This document shows positions 28,271-38,530 of a DNA stretch of 64,000 bases, piece after piece. This DNA comes from Candidatus Latescibacterota bacterium (GTDB lineage Bacteria > Latescibacterota > UBA2968 > UBA8231), in NCBI GenBank assembly GCA_965197905.1, contig CBDAOB010000004.1, forward strand, positions 672,001-736,000, in the 5' to 3' direction. The notes beneath the pieces are model-generated. The model saw nothing but the letters and a program-made list of their open reading frames with translations. It ran no database searches and was not told the DNA's origin. Position numbers and translations under genes: made by a program. Numbering within the stretch: the stretch's first letter is position 1; the number at the start of each line of letters is the position of its first letter.

Positions 28271-29014
28271 TTGAAACAATCATTGTCCCTCCGTTCTATA
28301 TTCGACCAGCTGTTCGAAGCGTTTGGGCCTCAAGGGTGGTGGCCGACAACGCCAACCGGTGATGTTCGTCCGCACTACTATCCGGGGGAAGGGTCGCGGC
28401 ACCTGGAAGAGAATGAGCAATGGGAAATCGTGGTAGGGGCGATGCTTACCCAGAACACCTCGTGGCGCAATGTGGAGTCCGCCTTGACCGGTCTGTGGCG
28501 GCAAGGTTTGATGGATCTCCATGCCATGGGTAGTGCTCCCTTGGATCACCTTGCGGCGACAGTGCGCCCTTCGGGATACTTCAACCAGAAGGCCGCGCGG
28601 CTGCAGAACATCGCTGCTTACATCGAAAAACGGCACAATGGCAACATAGCCGATTTCCTTCGCCTTTCGACGCAAGACCTGCGCACAGAGCTTCTCTCGT
28701 TGAACGGGGTCGGCCCGGAGACCGCGGATTCGATACTGCTCTACGCGGCTCAGGTGCCCCGTTTTGTGATAGATGCGTATACGCGGCGAATACTCGGGCG
28801 CTTGGGCGTCGTGGAGCCAGAGGTCCAGTATGATGAACTCCAGACCGAACTTGAAAGCAAACTCCCCAGGGAACACGAGCTCTACAACGAATTCCACGCT
28901 CTGCTGGTGAAGCTGGCGACCACCTCGTGCACAACGAACCCAAAGTGCCAATCGTGTTGCTTAAATGACCAGTGCACCTATTTCAAGAGTGAGTACGTGG
29001 AGAAGGCTGGATGA
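28271..29014 (+). CDS. Endonuclease III-related HhH-GPD DNA glycosylase
   Basis: GPQGWWP, LTQNTSW, LNGVGPETADSILLY, C-terminal CxxxPKCxxC.L...C cluster. Confidence 0.88.
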   Translation: MKQSLSLRSIFDQLFEAFGPQGWWPTTPTGDVRPHYYPGEGSRHLEENEQWEIVVGAMLTQNTSWRNVESALTGLWRQGLMDLHAMGSAPLDHLAATVRPSGYFNQKAARLQNIAAYIEKRHNGNIADFLRLSTQDLRTELLSLNGVGPETADSILLYAAQVPRFVIDAYTRRILGRLGVVEPEVQYDELQTELESKLPREHELYNEFHALLVKLATTSCTTNPKCQSCCLNDQCTYFKSEYVEKAG

Positions 29015-29745
29015 GCCGGCGACGTCAGTATTTGATCGGTGAGGTTGTCGTTGTGTCCGCATTGTGCCTGGCGTTGACGCGAACATCGCTGGCCCAGACG
29101 CTTGAGTACGATCCGTATTACGTTCTGCCAGGAGCGGCAGGGGTGGGCGGAGTGGATGTGGTATTCGCGGGGCGTGATGTTGGTGATCTCGCGGCTGCGA
29201 GCTCGCTCGATCTCTCCGCAAAGTATTCTATCACTGATAAGGTGGAAGTGGGGGCGCTGGTTCGCTCTGGCGTGCTGGACAAGGGGTTCGATTCCATCTC
29301 GGCCGTGACACTGGGGGCGAAGTACGGTTTCTCGACTGAAGTTAACTCGGCGACCGTGAATCTTGCCCTTCCTGTGGGGGACATAGAGGAGCTTGGTGTC
29401 TCAACGGGATATATGTACACGAAAGCGGTGGGTGGTCTCAGCATCAACAGCATGTTGTTGCTGGGCTGGCTGAATGCTTACAACGGGGGGAGCGGCGTTG
29501 CCATAAAAGCGCTCGTCGAGCCCACGAGACAGGTGTCGCAGATAGTGATGGGTTATTGCGACCTGATCATCGCCACGCACTCGGATGATCTAGTGGATGA
29601 GTTAGCCATCGATCTCCTTCCCAACGTCGACATATTGAAAGGGGATCGGATGGCGGTGAACCTGGGCGTACGGTTCGGAATTGCCGGAAAGCGCAAGCAG
29701 GAAGAGGTGGGATTGCTACTGGCTTTCCTTGCCATCCTACAATAA
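29011..29745 (+). CDS. Secreted / outer-membrane beta-barrel-like hypothetical protein
   Basis: Signal peptide ending SLA-Q; alternating amphipathic beta-strand pattern. Confidence 0.55.
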   Translation: MSRRRQYLIGEVVVVSALCLALTRTSLAQTLEYDPYYVLPGAAGVGGVDVVFAGRDVGDLAAASSLDLSAKYSITDKVEVGALVRSGVLDKGFDSISAVTLGAKYGFSTEVNSATVNLALPVGDIEELGVSTGYMYTKAVGGLSINSMLLLGWLNAYNGGSGVAIKALVEPTRQVSQIVMGYCDLIIATHSDDLVDELAIDLLPNVDILKGDRMAVNLGVRFGIAGKRKQEEVGLLLAFLAILQ

Positions 29746-29780
29746 GAAAAGGGCATCAGAGCCAGCGCCCTGATGCCCTC
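29746..29780. terminator. Intrinsic terminator hairpin between convergent genes
   Basis: AGGGCATCAG...CTGATGCCCT stem with A-run on the left (U-run on the minus strand). Confidence 0.75.
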
Positions 29781-30179
29781 TGTCGCTCGCGGCGGTTTAC
29801 TTTCCGTTTTACTCTCCACCGAAGGAGTAATACACGTTGACTCCCATCCAATCACCGGCCAGGTCGTAGTCGATCTCGGCCGCTATGGCGCCTTTCTGCA
29901 CGCCCAGCCCCGGCGTCCCCTTGATTTTCGTTTCGTCATCGTCGATGGTACCGAAAGGCCCCAAGTCCAATTCCGTAGAAATGATGTAAAGGGTCGTATC
30001 GAATTTGCCGTATAGGCGAAACGCGCTGGTGCCAAACTGGTACTTGTATCCGGCGAACGCCCCTATTGCCGTGGCGCTGGCAATATCTTCTGGAAATGTG
30101 AGGAACACGAGACCTGCGCGGCCAGGTTTTCCTTTCACTTTCTTGTTGATGCTGACGGCGCCACCGAATCCGGTGCTCA

Positions 30180-30654
30180 GTGAACCTCCACCCGCATAGC
30201 GGGTGGCCTCAGGTTGCCCCCCAAAGGGGGGCGATCACATATCGGAAAGCCCCGATGGGGCTGTCTCTCGTTGCTACTCCATTCCCAGGTCGAGCTGGCG
30301 CTTCTCCTGCTCTTCCTGATGCCGGATATACGCTCGAACCGTGCGCTCATCCAACCCTACTGTGCTCACACAATAGCCCCGCAACCAAAAATGCATCCCC
30401 TTCACACGCCGCGCCTGCATCAACTCCCAGTGAATCCGAACCGCACTCTTACCCTTCAAGAAGCCGATCACAAACGCCAGGCTGAACTTAGGGACCACCT
30501 TCAGACACATATGCACATGGTCTGGCCGCAGGTTCCCTTCCAACAGTTCCACACCCCGTTGGCTTCCCGAGGAGGAAAGAGCCTATCGTATTTCTCACCG
30601 GGTCGGTAGAACCTCCCCGGGTCCACCGCCAGAGGCGGGGGGCTTAGACCAATA
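30180..30654 (-). mobile_element. IS200/IS605-family element, 475 bp, internally deleted
   Basis: Inserted 3' of TTAG, ends in TCAC, no target duplication; subterminal hairpins CCGCC-TCT-GGCGG and CCACCCGC-TAT-GCGGGTGG. Confidence 0.88.
30274..30561 (-). pseudogene. tnpA: Y1 (HUH) transposase TnpA, N-terminally truncated
   Basis: DHVHM (HUH), LKGKS, FWLRGYCVSTVG, YIRHQE; N-terminal YH..F.PKYR region and a start are missing. Confidence 0.88.
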
Positions 30655-30956
30655 CTAAATCGCCAAAGTCGCCGACCGGCAAGGCCATTCGCGGCGATAC
30701 AGAAATGACCAGACCATCGCTGTTGTTGGGCACCATCAGCCCACAGAAAGCAATGACCACGAACAACGTGGTGATTCTTTTCATGCTAATCCCTCCCTAG
30801 TGGATTTGAAAACTTTCGCAACCTTGCTCTGAACGAAAATTGCGGGACAGTTCGGGTTGACGCAAGGGAAATCTGCGACGCTTGAGCCCTTGCGAGTTCC
30901 GCATCCAGCGAGCTATGCTGAAATGCATAACTGTCGTGGAGGAAAATCCAGAAGCA

Positions 30957-32237
30957 CTACTCGTGTACGAAACGGGGATTTCCGAAGCCGTCGTTGGTCA
31001 CGTGGCTGCGGGCGGGAATCTCTCCCTTTTCGGGAATGACCAGGTCGAGCTCGGTGTAATTCTCGACGATGGTGCCGTCCCCGATGCTTACTTCGGGACC
31101 CAACCGCACCTTTCCAGGGATGCGATCGCCGCTCTTGACGGTGGCGATTACCACCGACGAGCCGATGTGGCATCGCGGTCCGACCTCAACAAATCCGCGC
31201 ATTTCGGCGTTGGGGCCGACGACGCTGTTGTCGCCGATCTCTACGGGTCCGAACAGACCGGCGTCGGTGCCTACGAAGACGTTGTTCCCAAGTATCGGAT
31301 GTCGGTGCTGAACCTTCGTACTCAATCCCCCCAGGGTGCAAGGCAGGAGGTGGCAGCCGCTGCCGATAATACCCGTCTGGCCTGTGGTCATTCCGCGGTG
31401 GGGGTGGTCTAGGAAGTTGGCATCACCGATCGAGGTCTCGGGATGTAGGTCGGCCTGATAGTATCTACCCCCCAGCTCCGAAATCGCGCGCGGCAGCAAA
31501 GGCACCGGTAAGCGATTGATCTGTGGTGCTCCATCGACCTCGCCCTCGCGGGTAAGGGCGTGGGCAATGTCGTGGTAGAGCAAGACCCGCCAACCCGGGT
31601 AGGTGCTCATTACCAGCTGCATTTGGTAGTCGAATACGAAACTGCAGCCGAGCTCTGAAAGATAGCGGCTGTAGTGCGACTGATCTCTTTGTTCGATGGC
31701 GCGTTCGAGTTCCTGGGACAGATCGAGGCGTGCGAGGTGATCCGCCGGCAAACTGCAAGCTTGAAGAAGATAGGCGTCCCACACCGAAGGATCGCGGAGC
31801 GAAGCAAAGCGGTTCCAACGTGCACGCTCTTTCAGGGAAGGCAGATCCCAGAGCAGCGCGAAGCCCGACATCAAGGCCCTCTCTTCAACCCCATTAGTAT
31901 CGTCCACGGCCAGCAATGACTGCGCGATCATGGCGTACAACTGATCCGCGATCTCTTCGACCACCTGCTCCAGACTGATTTTCTCCCTCAGGGAAAAGGC
32001 GTTGTGGGATCCGGGGGCGACGCATTCGAGCAGATTTCCGAGGACGGTTTCCAGGATGTCGCGGTTCACGAATCCCCGTCCGGACGGCTGCGAAAGGATC
32101 TGCGGGTCTATGGGGTCGATGCGCAGGGCGTCCAACTCTTCAGCGGTGAAGATCGGTTGCACGCGCGCCATTACATCCGCGAGAAGCTCCTTCTTGCTTC
32201 TCTCGTAGCTCGTGTCGAACAGCGTTGCCGTGCTCAT
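30957..32237 (-). CDS. Serine O-acetyltransferase-like left-handed beta-helix protein with long N-terminal extension
   Basis: DLHPETSIGDANFLDH, TLGG...RHPILGNNVFVG and additional hexapeptide repeats; start at MSTAT. Confidence 0.7.
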   Translation of the reverse strand: MSTATLFDTSYERSKKELLADVMARVQPIFTAEELDALRIDPIDPQILSQPSGRGFVNRDILETVLGNLLECVAPGSHNAFSLREKISLEQVVEEIADQLYAMIAQSLLAVDDTNGVEERALMSGFALLWDLPSLKERARWNRFASLRDPSVWDAYLLQACSLPADHLARLDLSQELERAIEQRDQSHYSRYLSELGCSFVFDYQMQLVMSTYPGWRVLLYHDIAHALTREGEVDGAPQINRLPVPLLPRAISELGGRYYQADLHPETSIGDANFLDHPHRGMTTGQTGIIGSGCHLLPCTLGGLSTKVQHRHPILGNNVFVGTDAGLFGPVEIGDNSVVGPNAEMRGFVEVGPRCHIGSSVVIATVKSGDRIPGKVRLGPEVSIGDGTIVENYTELDLVIPEKGEIPARSHVTNDGFGNPRFVHE

Positions 32238-32376
32238 TCTCTGTTGCCTTTGGTCCGATTTTGAGGGCGGGGTACCGGCGCCTATCTTGTCCCACAATAT
32301 ATGGGCTGGCAGTGCAGGCACAACAATCCGAAGCCCCTATGAAACGGACATTCACCCGAGCCTTGGGCCAACAGAT

Positions 32377-33891
32377 ATGAAGCAATTGACCGTACAAACG
32401 CATCCGGACGGTGAGGTCTTGCCGAAAGAGGAGCAATTGGCCTGGCACATAGCCGCCATGGCCGGCGCCAACTACGGGGCGGACGATGATGTGCTGGAGA
32501 TGATCGGCAATCGGGTCATCGACAATGCCGCCGTGGCCATGGCCGCGCTCAACCGGGACGCCGTCCGGCACGCGCGGCAGCTGGCCTTGGGTTATCCCCA
32601 TCTTGAGCGGCGAGGCGCCACTCTATTCGGATTGCCGCCCGAGCGCACCTTTCACTGCGAGTGGGCCGCCCTAGCCAACGGCGTGGCGGTTCGCGAGCTG
32701 GACATGCACGACTGTTATTTGGCCGCTGACTATTCTCACCCGGGGGATACGATTCCGGCGATTCTCGCGGTGGCCCAACAAACCGGATGCAGCGGCCGCG
32801 ACCTCGCGTTGGGTGTGTTGACGGCCTACGAAACCCAGATATCACTGGTGACTGGAATCTGTCTGCATCAGCACAAGATCGACCATGTCGCCCACCTGGC
32901 GCCGGCAGTGGCCGCCGGCATCGGCACCCTGTTGCGGCTTGAGGTCGACGAGATCTATCAGGCGATCAATCAGAGTGTTCACCTTGCCTGTTCCACGCGT
33001 CAGTCGCGCAAAGGGGACATCACTAGCTGGAAAGCGTATGCGCCGGCGCAGGCGGCAAAGACGGCGGTGGAGGCCGTTGCTCGAGCGCGTCTGGGAGAAC
33101 GCTCCCCGGCCCCTATCTACGAAGGACGGGATGCAGTGCTCGCCTGGCTCCTGGGGGGACCTGAGACTCAATATGAATTGCAAGTGCCCGATCCGGGGGA
33201 GTCGATGCGCGCCATCATGCGCTCCTATACCAAGGAGCATTCAGCGGAATATCAGGCGCAGGCACTGGTGGACATCGGCAAGCGGTTGAAGGCGCGGGGG
33301 ATCGACGTCGAAAATGTCGAGGAGGTTGTGATTCGCACCAGTCACCATACCCACAACGTGATCGGAACGGGAGCCAACGATCCGCAGAAATTCGACCCCG
33401 ACGCCTCCCGCGAAACCCTTGATCACAGCGCCATGTACATCCTTGCGGTCGCCTGGGAAGACGGCAGCTGGCATCACCTACACAGCTATGCACCCGAGCG
33501 AGCCAAGCGGGCAGCCACCGTTCGTCTGTGGCGCAAGATCCGCACCGAAGAGGATGAACGATGGACCCGGGCGTACCACGATCCGGATCCGGCGAGGAAG
33601 ATGTTCGGAGCGGAGGTTGAGGTGCGTTTCAGAGATGGCAGCTCGATGCGGGAATCCCTGGAAAACCCCGATGCCCACTATCTCGGGTCCAGGCCGTTTG
33701 AGCGCCACGACTATGTCGGAAAATTGCGAACACTGTGCGAGGGAACGGTTGAACCCGGGGAACAGAGGCGTTTCGTCGAGCTTGTTGAGGCGTTACCCGA
33801 GCTCGAGCCGCGCCGGGTTGCCGCCCTCAATCTCGAGGCCATGCCCGAAAAGCTGCTCGAGTCGACCAGCGATCGGGTGGGACTGTTCTAA
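32377..33891 (+). CDS. prpD: MmgE/PrpD family protein (2-methylcitrate dehydratase)
   Basis: VRELDMHD, SHPGD, KEHSAEYQ, SRETLDHS; start at MKQLT. Confidence 0.85.
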   Translation: MKQLTVQTHPDGEVLPKEEQLAWHIAAMAGANYGADDDVLEMIGNRVIDNAAVAMAALNRDAVRHARQLALGYPHLERRGATLFGLPPERTFHCEWAALANGVAVRELDMHDCYLAADYSHPGDTIPAILAVAQQTGCSGRDLALGVLTAYETQISLVTGICLHQHKIDHVAHLAPAVAAGIGTLLRLEVDEIYQAINQSVHLACSTRQSRKGDITSWKAYAPAQAAKTAVEAVARARLGERSPAPIYEGRDAVLAWLLGGPETQYELQVPDPGESMRAIMRSYTKEHSAEYQAQALVDIGKRLKARGIDVENVEEVVIRTSHHTHNVIGTGANDPQKFDPDASRETLDHSAMYILAVAWEDGSWHHLHSYAPERAKRAATVRLWRKIRTEEDERWTRAYHDPDPARKMFGAEVEVRFRDGSSMRESLENPDAHYLGSRPFERHDYVGKLRTLCEGTVEPGEQRRFVELVEALPELEPRRVAALNLEAMPEKLLESTSDRVGLF

Positions 33892-33897
33892 GGTGAC

Positions 33898-34686
33898 CTA
33901 CCAGGATAGCTTCGACGAAAGATTGTGGAAGAAGTAGTTGTCTTCGAAGTAGATCAAGTTGGCGGTCCGCGCGGCTTGATTGATGTGTATCTCTTGCCCG
34001 GGCTCCAAGCTACAGATCTGGGATCCGTCGATGATCAGATAAACGTCGGGCGCTTTGGTCTCCTCGCTGATCTGCAGGCGAATGCGAGATTCCGGAGTGA
34101 GGATCAGCGCCCGCGAAGTGAAGTTGTGCTCGTTGATGCCGTCCAGGATCATACAGCGCACATCCGGCATGACGATCGGTGCCCCGGTCGACAGCAGGAA
34201 AGCGGTGCTTCCCGTCGGTGTACCGACGACGACACCATCGCCCCTGATGGTGCGAATCTCGGTGTCGTTTACATATACGTCTATGAAAACGAGCCGGCTC
34301 AGAGCTCGGAGCTCTATCTCGTTTATGGCCTGGTCGCGGGTACCGGCGTACTCGCAATTCAATACGAGCCGCTCGCTGGTGAGATACTCGCCGGCCATCA
34401 CCCGCTCGACGATCCGCTTGAGATCGCTGCGGTCACCTGCCGTGAGAAAACCGACGGTTCCGAAGTTTATGGCAAGTACGGGACAGTCCGGAAAGCGGTC
34501 CAGGGCGCGGAGCACGGTTCCGTCTCCCCCCATCGCCATAACCAGATCCAAACCGGGTACGTCGGTGCGCTGATCCAGAAGAACCGCCTCGACGTCGTGT
34601 CGGGCGAATTCGCCTTTTAGCTCGTCGCTAGGAAAGGGCTGCTCTTCGTCCCGGACGAGAATTCCGACTTTGTTGAACCTGGCCAT
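33898..34686 (-). CDS. nadK: NAD kinase
   Basis: GGDGT, INFGTVGFL, NE, GDGVVVGTPTGSTA. Confidence 0.92.
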   Translation of the reverse strand: MARFNKVGILVRDEEQPFPSDELKGEFARHDVEAVLLDQRTDVPGLDLVMAMGGDGTVLRALDRFPDCPVLAINFGTVGFLTAGDRSDLKRIVERVMAGEYLTSERLVLNCEYAGTRDQAINEIELRALSRLVFIDVYVNDTEIRTIRGDGVVVGTPTGSTAFLLSTGAPIVMPDVRCMILDGINEHNFTSRALILTPESRIRLQISEETKAPDVYLIIDGSQICSLEPGQEIHINQAARTANLIYFEDNYFFHNLSSKLSW

Positions 34687-34731
34687 AGACTTGGTACGAC
34701 AATCCGCCAGCGATCGATGCGCCGGACGCGA

Positions 34732-35640
34732 TTAGTTGCGGGCCTCTTTGTCGGCCTGTCTCTCGTACGCTTTGATCAGCGCTTGCGTACCTTCATCGCC
34801 GCAACCGGCACGCTGGACGATGTTGAACAGCTGATGAGCAATACTGACACCGGGCAAAGCCAGCTGAACGTCGTTTGCTGCTCCCAGCACCAGCTTCAGA
34901 TCTTTCTGTTGCAATCTGACCATGAACCCCGGCGCAAAGTCGTTGTCCAAAATCCGCGAGCCGAGATTCGTCAGCTGCCAGGAACCAGCAGCGCCGCCGC
35001 TGATGGCCTCGACTACCTTGCCCACATCCAGATCGGAAGCGGCGGCCAGCATCAGGGCTTCAGCCATTCCCATATTGTTCACCGCAACGGAGATCTGGTT
35101 GCACAATTTGGTCGTCTGTCCGGCGCCGTTGCCGCCGATGAGGTTGATGTTTTTGCCCATCGCCTCGAAAACCGGCAGACATTCGTCGAAGGTCGCCTGG
35201 TCACCGCCAACCATTATGGAGAGGGTGCCGTTTATGGCGCCCACGTCGCCACCGCTAACCGGCGCGTCCAGCATCGACACGCCCCGTTCGCCTAAGGCTG
35301 CGGCGATTTCCTGAGTCACGCGAGGCGAGATGGTGCTCATGTCGATGACCGTCGCCCCTTTGCGAACGCCGTGAATTACTCCGTCGTCACCCATAATCAC
35401 CGCCTGCACGTCGGGCGAGTCTGTGACCATGGTTATCACCACGTCGGCCCCCTCTGCGGCTTTCTTCGGGGTTGCCACGCGTGTGGCGCCAGCGGTGACG
35501 ACTTCGTCAACTTCCGGTTTGTCGCTGCGGTTGTAAGCAACTAGGTCGAAACCTGCTTTCATCAAATTTTTGGACATGGGCACGCCCATGATGCCCAGTC
35601 CTACAAAAGCTACCTTTGTGTCTCCCGGTTTTGCCGGCAT
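34732..35640 (-). CDS. NAD(P)-dependent beta-hydroxyacid dehydrogenase (2-hydroxy-3-oxopropionate reductase-like)
   Basis: GLGIMG, DMSTISP, DAPVSGG, KLCNQ, KDL. Confidence 0.9.
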   Translation of the reverse strand: MPAKPGDTKVAFVGLGIMGVPMSKNLMKAGFDLVAYNRSDKPEVDEVVTAGATRVATPKKAAEGADVVITMVTDSPDVQAVIMGDDGVIHGVRKGATVIDMSTISPRVTQEIAAALGERGVSMLDAPVSGGDVGAINGTLSIMVGGDQATFDECLPVFEAMGKNINLIGGNGAGQTTKLCNQISVAVNNMGMAEALMLAAASDLDVGKVVEAISGGAAGSWQLTNLGSRILDNDFAPGFMVRLQQKDLKLVLGAANDVQLALPGVSIAHQLFNIVQRAGCGDEGTQALIKAYERQADKEARN

Positions 35641-35678
35641 GTCCGTTTCTCCTGTAGAATGTCGGGTGTCTGCGACGA

Positions 35679-37490
35679 TCAAAAAGCAAAGAAGAAGTGG
35701 CGATTGTCTTCGATGTTCGCCGTTGCGTACATCTGTGCGTACCACGTCTGTAACGCTTCGGTCTGACGCTGCTGCAACAGTTGCTGTGCCAACTGCTCAC
35801 GATTTTCATCGAAGGCGGCTTCGTCCACCGAGGTCTTTTCCACCACGCGAATCAGATACGCCCCCCGCGGCATCACTACGACTTCGCTGACATCCCCCTT
35901 TTTCAAGCGGAAAGCGGCGCCGACGAAAGCGTTGCCCTGACCGATTCCAGGTACGGATTCGGTCCGCGAAAACGGGTCTGTAGTGCGAACCTCGAGATCG
36001 GCGGCCTGGGCGGCAGCTTCGAAGGTAGCTCCCTGCTCGATCTGTGTGCGAATAGCCTCGAGCCGCTGTCCCGCCAGTTCCGACTTCTTCTCATTGCTCA
36101 ATTTGCGGGAGATCGCCTCGCGGACCTCTTCCAGCGGTATCACCCCCTTGGCTCGCCGATCCGTCAGATGGGCGATCCAGAAATACTCATCTTGTTCCAG
36201 CACGTTGCTCACGGTGCCAATCTCGGAATCGAGAAAGAGATTGACGATCCATGACGTGCCGACGCCGAGGCGGGGGACGGGGCTGTCTTTGGCGATAAAT
36301 CCGCTGTCGTTGGGCTGCATGCCCGCCGCGCCCACGGCGGACTCGAAACTTTCCCGCTGGGCGCGATCGCGAAATTCCTCGGCCCAGGAGAAGATCTCCT
36401 CCTGCGTTTGCCTGGAGGCTTTCAATCGCAGCAGGATATGCCGAGCCCTGACTTCCTCCTTGCCATCCTCGTTCAGACGCTCCTCCACCTTGATGAGGTG
36501 CCAGCCAAAGGGCGTGTTCACCGGCTCCGAAACTTGACCGGGCTCTAGCGCGAACGCTACGTCTTCGAACGGGGCCACCATGCGGCCGCGTCCAAAGGTG
36601 CCCAAGTCACCTCCGTTTTCTGCGGTGCCTTGGTCCTCCGAAACCGCGCGGGCCAACTCCTCGAAATCGGCACCCGATTCGATCTCGGACCGAAGATTGG
36701 TGATCTCCTCGTAGACGCCGAGGGAGTCCTTGGTATTTGGAACCTTTTGGAAAACCACGAATGACATGCGAACTTGATCGGGGTGGCGGTACTCTTCCCG
36801 GGTTTCCTCGTAGCGAGCCTGCACCTCGCCGTCGTTTACCTGAACCTCGTTGTCGCTTACCGTGGCATTGGGGACAAACAGGTATTCGGCGTCGATTTTT
36901 TGGTTTTGAGTTTCAAAATAGTGGCGAATCTCGGGCGGACTCACCTGCACCGTCTCGGTCAATAACCGCTGCAGCTTATAGCTTAGCCACTGTTGCCTCA
37001 CCTGTTCCTCCAGCTGCATCACGAAGCTCTTGTTGCGAGCGTTGGTGAAGGTCGTCGGGTCGTTGAGAAAGTGGCTGTATTTCGCCGGATCGAAATCGCC
37101 GTCGGTTTGGAAAACTTCGAGGCCCTGCACCACCGGAGGTGGTTGACTGCGCGTGATGAGCGCGATCTCTTTGTCCGAAACGGCTATTCCAAGCTTTTCG
37201 ATCTGCTGACTCAGCAGAACGCTGCTGACGGTTTCTCCCCAGATTTCCCGCACCAGCGCTCCTTGATCGACCGGCTGATCGTCGGGTTGTTGTCGAGCCG
37301 TGTTGCGCAGGACCTGCTGGAACAGCTTCAGGCCGATCTTCTCCCCATTGATGACCCCGACCGCGTCACCGCTGCGGCTGCCGCCGCTGCCCGAGAAATC
37401 CGCTCCCCACTCGACGATGATGAGGCCGACAAAGGCGAAGATTACTATGCAAATTACGATTCCGGTTCTCTCCCGGAGTTTTGTCATCAT
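35679..37490 (-). CDS. PpiD/SurA-type periplasmic peptidyl-prolyl isomerase chaperone
   Basis: N-terminal TM anchor, SurA-N-like region, parvulin motif [21 protein letters not shown]. Confidence 0.85.
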   Translation of the reverse strand: MMTKLRERTGIVICIVIFAFVGLIIVEWGADFSGSGGSRSGDAVGVINGEKIGLKLFQQVLRNTARQQPDDQPVDQGALVREIWGETVSSVLLSQQIEKLGIAVSDKEIALITRSQPPPVVQGLEVFQTDGDFDPAKYSHFLNDPTTFTNARNKSFVMQLEEQVRQQWLSYKLQRLLTETVQVSPPEIRHYFETQNQKIDAEYLFVPNATVSDNEVQVNDGEVQARYEETREEYRHPDQVRMSFVVFQKVPNTKDSLGVYEEITNLRSEIESGADFEELARAVSEDQGTAENGGDLGTFGRGRMVAPFEDVAFALEPGQVSEPVNTPFGWHLIKVEERLNEDGKEEVRARHILLRLKASRQTQEEIFSWAEEFRDRAQRESFESAVGAAGMQPNDSGFIAKDSPVPRLGVGTSWIVNLFLDSEIGTVSNVLEQDEYFWIAHLTDRRAKGVIPLEEVREAISRKLSNEKKSELAGQRLEAIRTQIEQGATFEAAAQAADLEVRTTDPFSRTESVPGIGQGNAFVGAAFRLKKGDVSEVVVMPRGAYLIRVVEKTSVDEAAFDENREQLAQQLLQQRQTEALQTWYAQMYATANIEDNRHFFFAF

Positions 37491-38530
37491 GGGGTTGTGT
37501 TCTCCTGTTCGTCTTCATTGCCTGCCGTCGAGATTCCCATCGCCGCCTTGCGTTCGGCTGGATAGCGCATGAGGCACGCCACCCTGTGACCCTCCTCGAT
37601 CTCCAACAGCTCTGGAACAATCCGACTGCACACGTCCTGGCGTTCTGGGCAGCGCGTGTGGAATGGACAACCGGAGGGCGCATCGGCAGGGTTGGGCACG
37701 TCCCCCTCTAGAACCACACGTTGCTTCTTGCCTCCGGGGTCTGGCACGGGGACGGCGGAGAGCAGAGCTTGGGTGTACGGGTGAGAAGGATTGGTGTAGA
37801 GGGTGCTGCGCTCGGTCAACTCCACGATCTTGCCCAGGTACATAACTGCAACCCGGTCGCATATGTGCCGTACGACACTGAGATCGTGGGCGATAAACAG
37901 GTATGACAGACCCAGCTCTTTTTGCAGATCCTGCAGCAGATTGATGATCTGGGCTTGGATGGAGACATCCAACGCCGACACCGGTTCGTCCGCGACGATA
38001 AACTGCGGCTCCACCGCGAGCGCGCGCGCGATGCCGATGCGCTGGCGCTGGCCGCCGCTGAATTCGTGCGGATAGCGGCGCGCGTAGTTGGCGGGCAGAC
38101 CGACCATCCCGAGCAGCTCGCCTACACGTTCGGTCAACGCGCGTCCCTTGGCGAGACGGTGTATCTTCAGTGCTTCGCCGATAATGGCGCCCACCGTCAT
38201 ACGCGGGTTCAGCGAGCTGTACGGGTCCTGGAAGATGATCTGCATTTGACGACGACGCGCCCGCATCGCTTTGGCGTCCAAGCGCAGAATGTCCTGGCCT
38301 TCGTACAGGACCTCGCCGTCGGTTGCTTGGACAAGGCGAAGCAGTAGACGACCTAGCGTCGTCTTGCCGCAGCCACTCTCCCCCACCACACCGAGAGTCT
38401 CGCCCGAGTGGAGCTCGAAAGAGACCCCGTCGACCGCCTTCACGTGCCCCTGCACCCGACTCCACAGGCCAGTGCGGATGGGGAAGTACTTCTTCAGGTT
38501 CCTGGTTTGCAGCAAAGGTTGTTCGCTCAT
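37487..38530 (-). CDS. oppF: Oligopeptide/dipeptide ABC transporter ATPase
   Basis: [34 protein letters not shown], Cys-rich tail. Confidence 0.9.
   Translation of the reverse strand: MSEQPLLQTRNLKKYFPIRTGLWSRVQGHVKAVDGVSFELHSGETLGVVGESGCGKTTLGRLLLRLVQATDGEVLYEGQDILRLDAKAMRARRRQMQIIFQDPYSSLNPRMTVGAIIGEALKIHRLAKGRALTERVGELLGMVGLPANYARRYPHEFSGGQRQRIGIARALAVEPQFIVADEPVSALDVSIQAQIINLLQDLQKELGLSYLFIAHDLSVVRHICDRVAVMYLGKIVELTERSTLYTNPSHPYTQALLSAVPVPDPGGKKQRVVLEGDVPNPADAPSGCPFHTRCPERQDVCSRIVPELLEIEEGHRVACLMRYPAERKAAMGISTAGNEDEQENTTP

Larger units (their letters stand above)
29809..30784 (-). pseudogene. Outer-membrane beta-barrel protein gene (166 aa when rejoined) interrupted by IS200
   Basis: SD AGGGAGG, MKRITTLFVVIAFCGL signal peptide; joining 30784-30655 to 30179-29809 gives in-frame ...ALPVGDFGDLVSTGFGG...VNVYYSFGGE. 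Confidence 0.85.

Noticed and set aside
30180..30654. TnpB/IscB RNA-guided nuclease system
   Set aside because: The element holds only a truncated tnpA; no RuvC-type ORF and no room for one.
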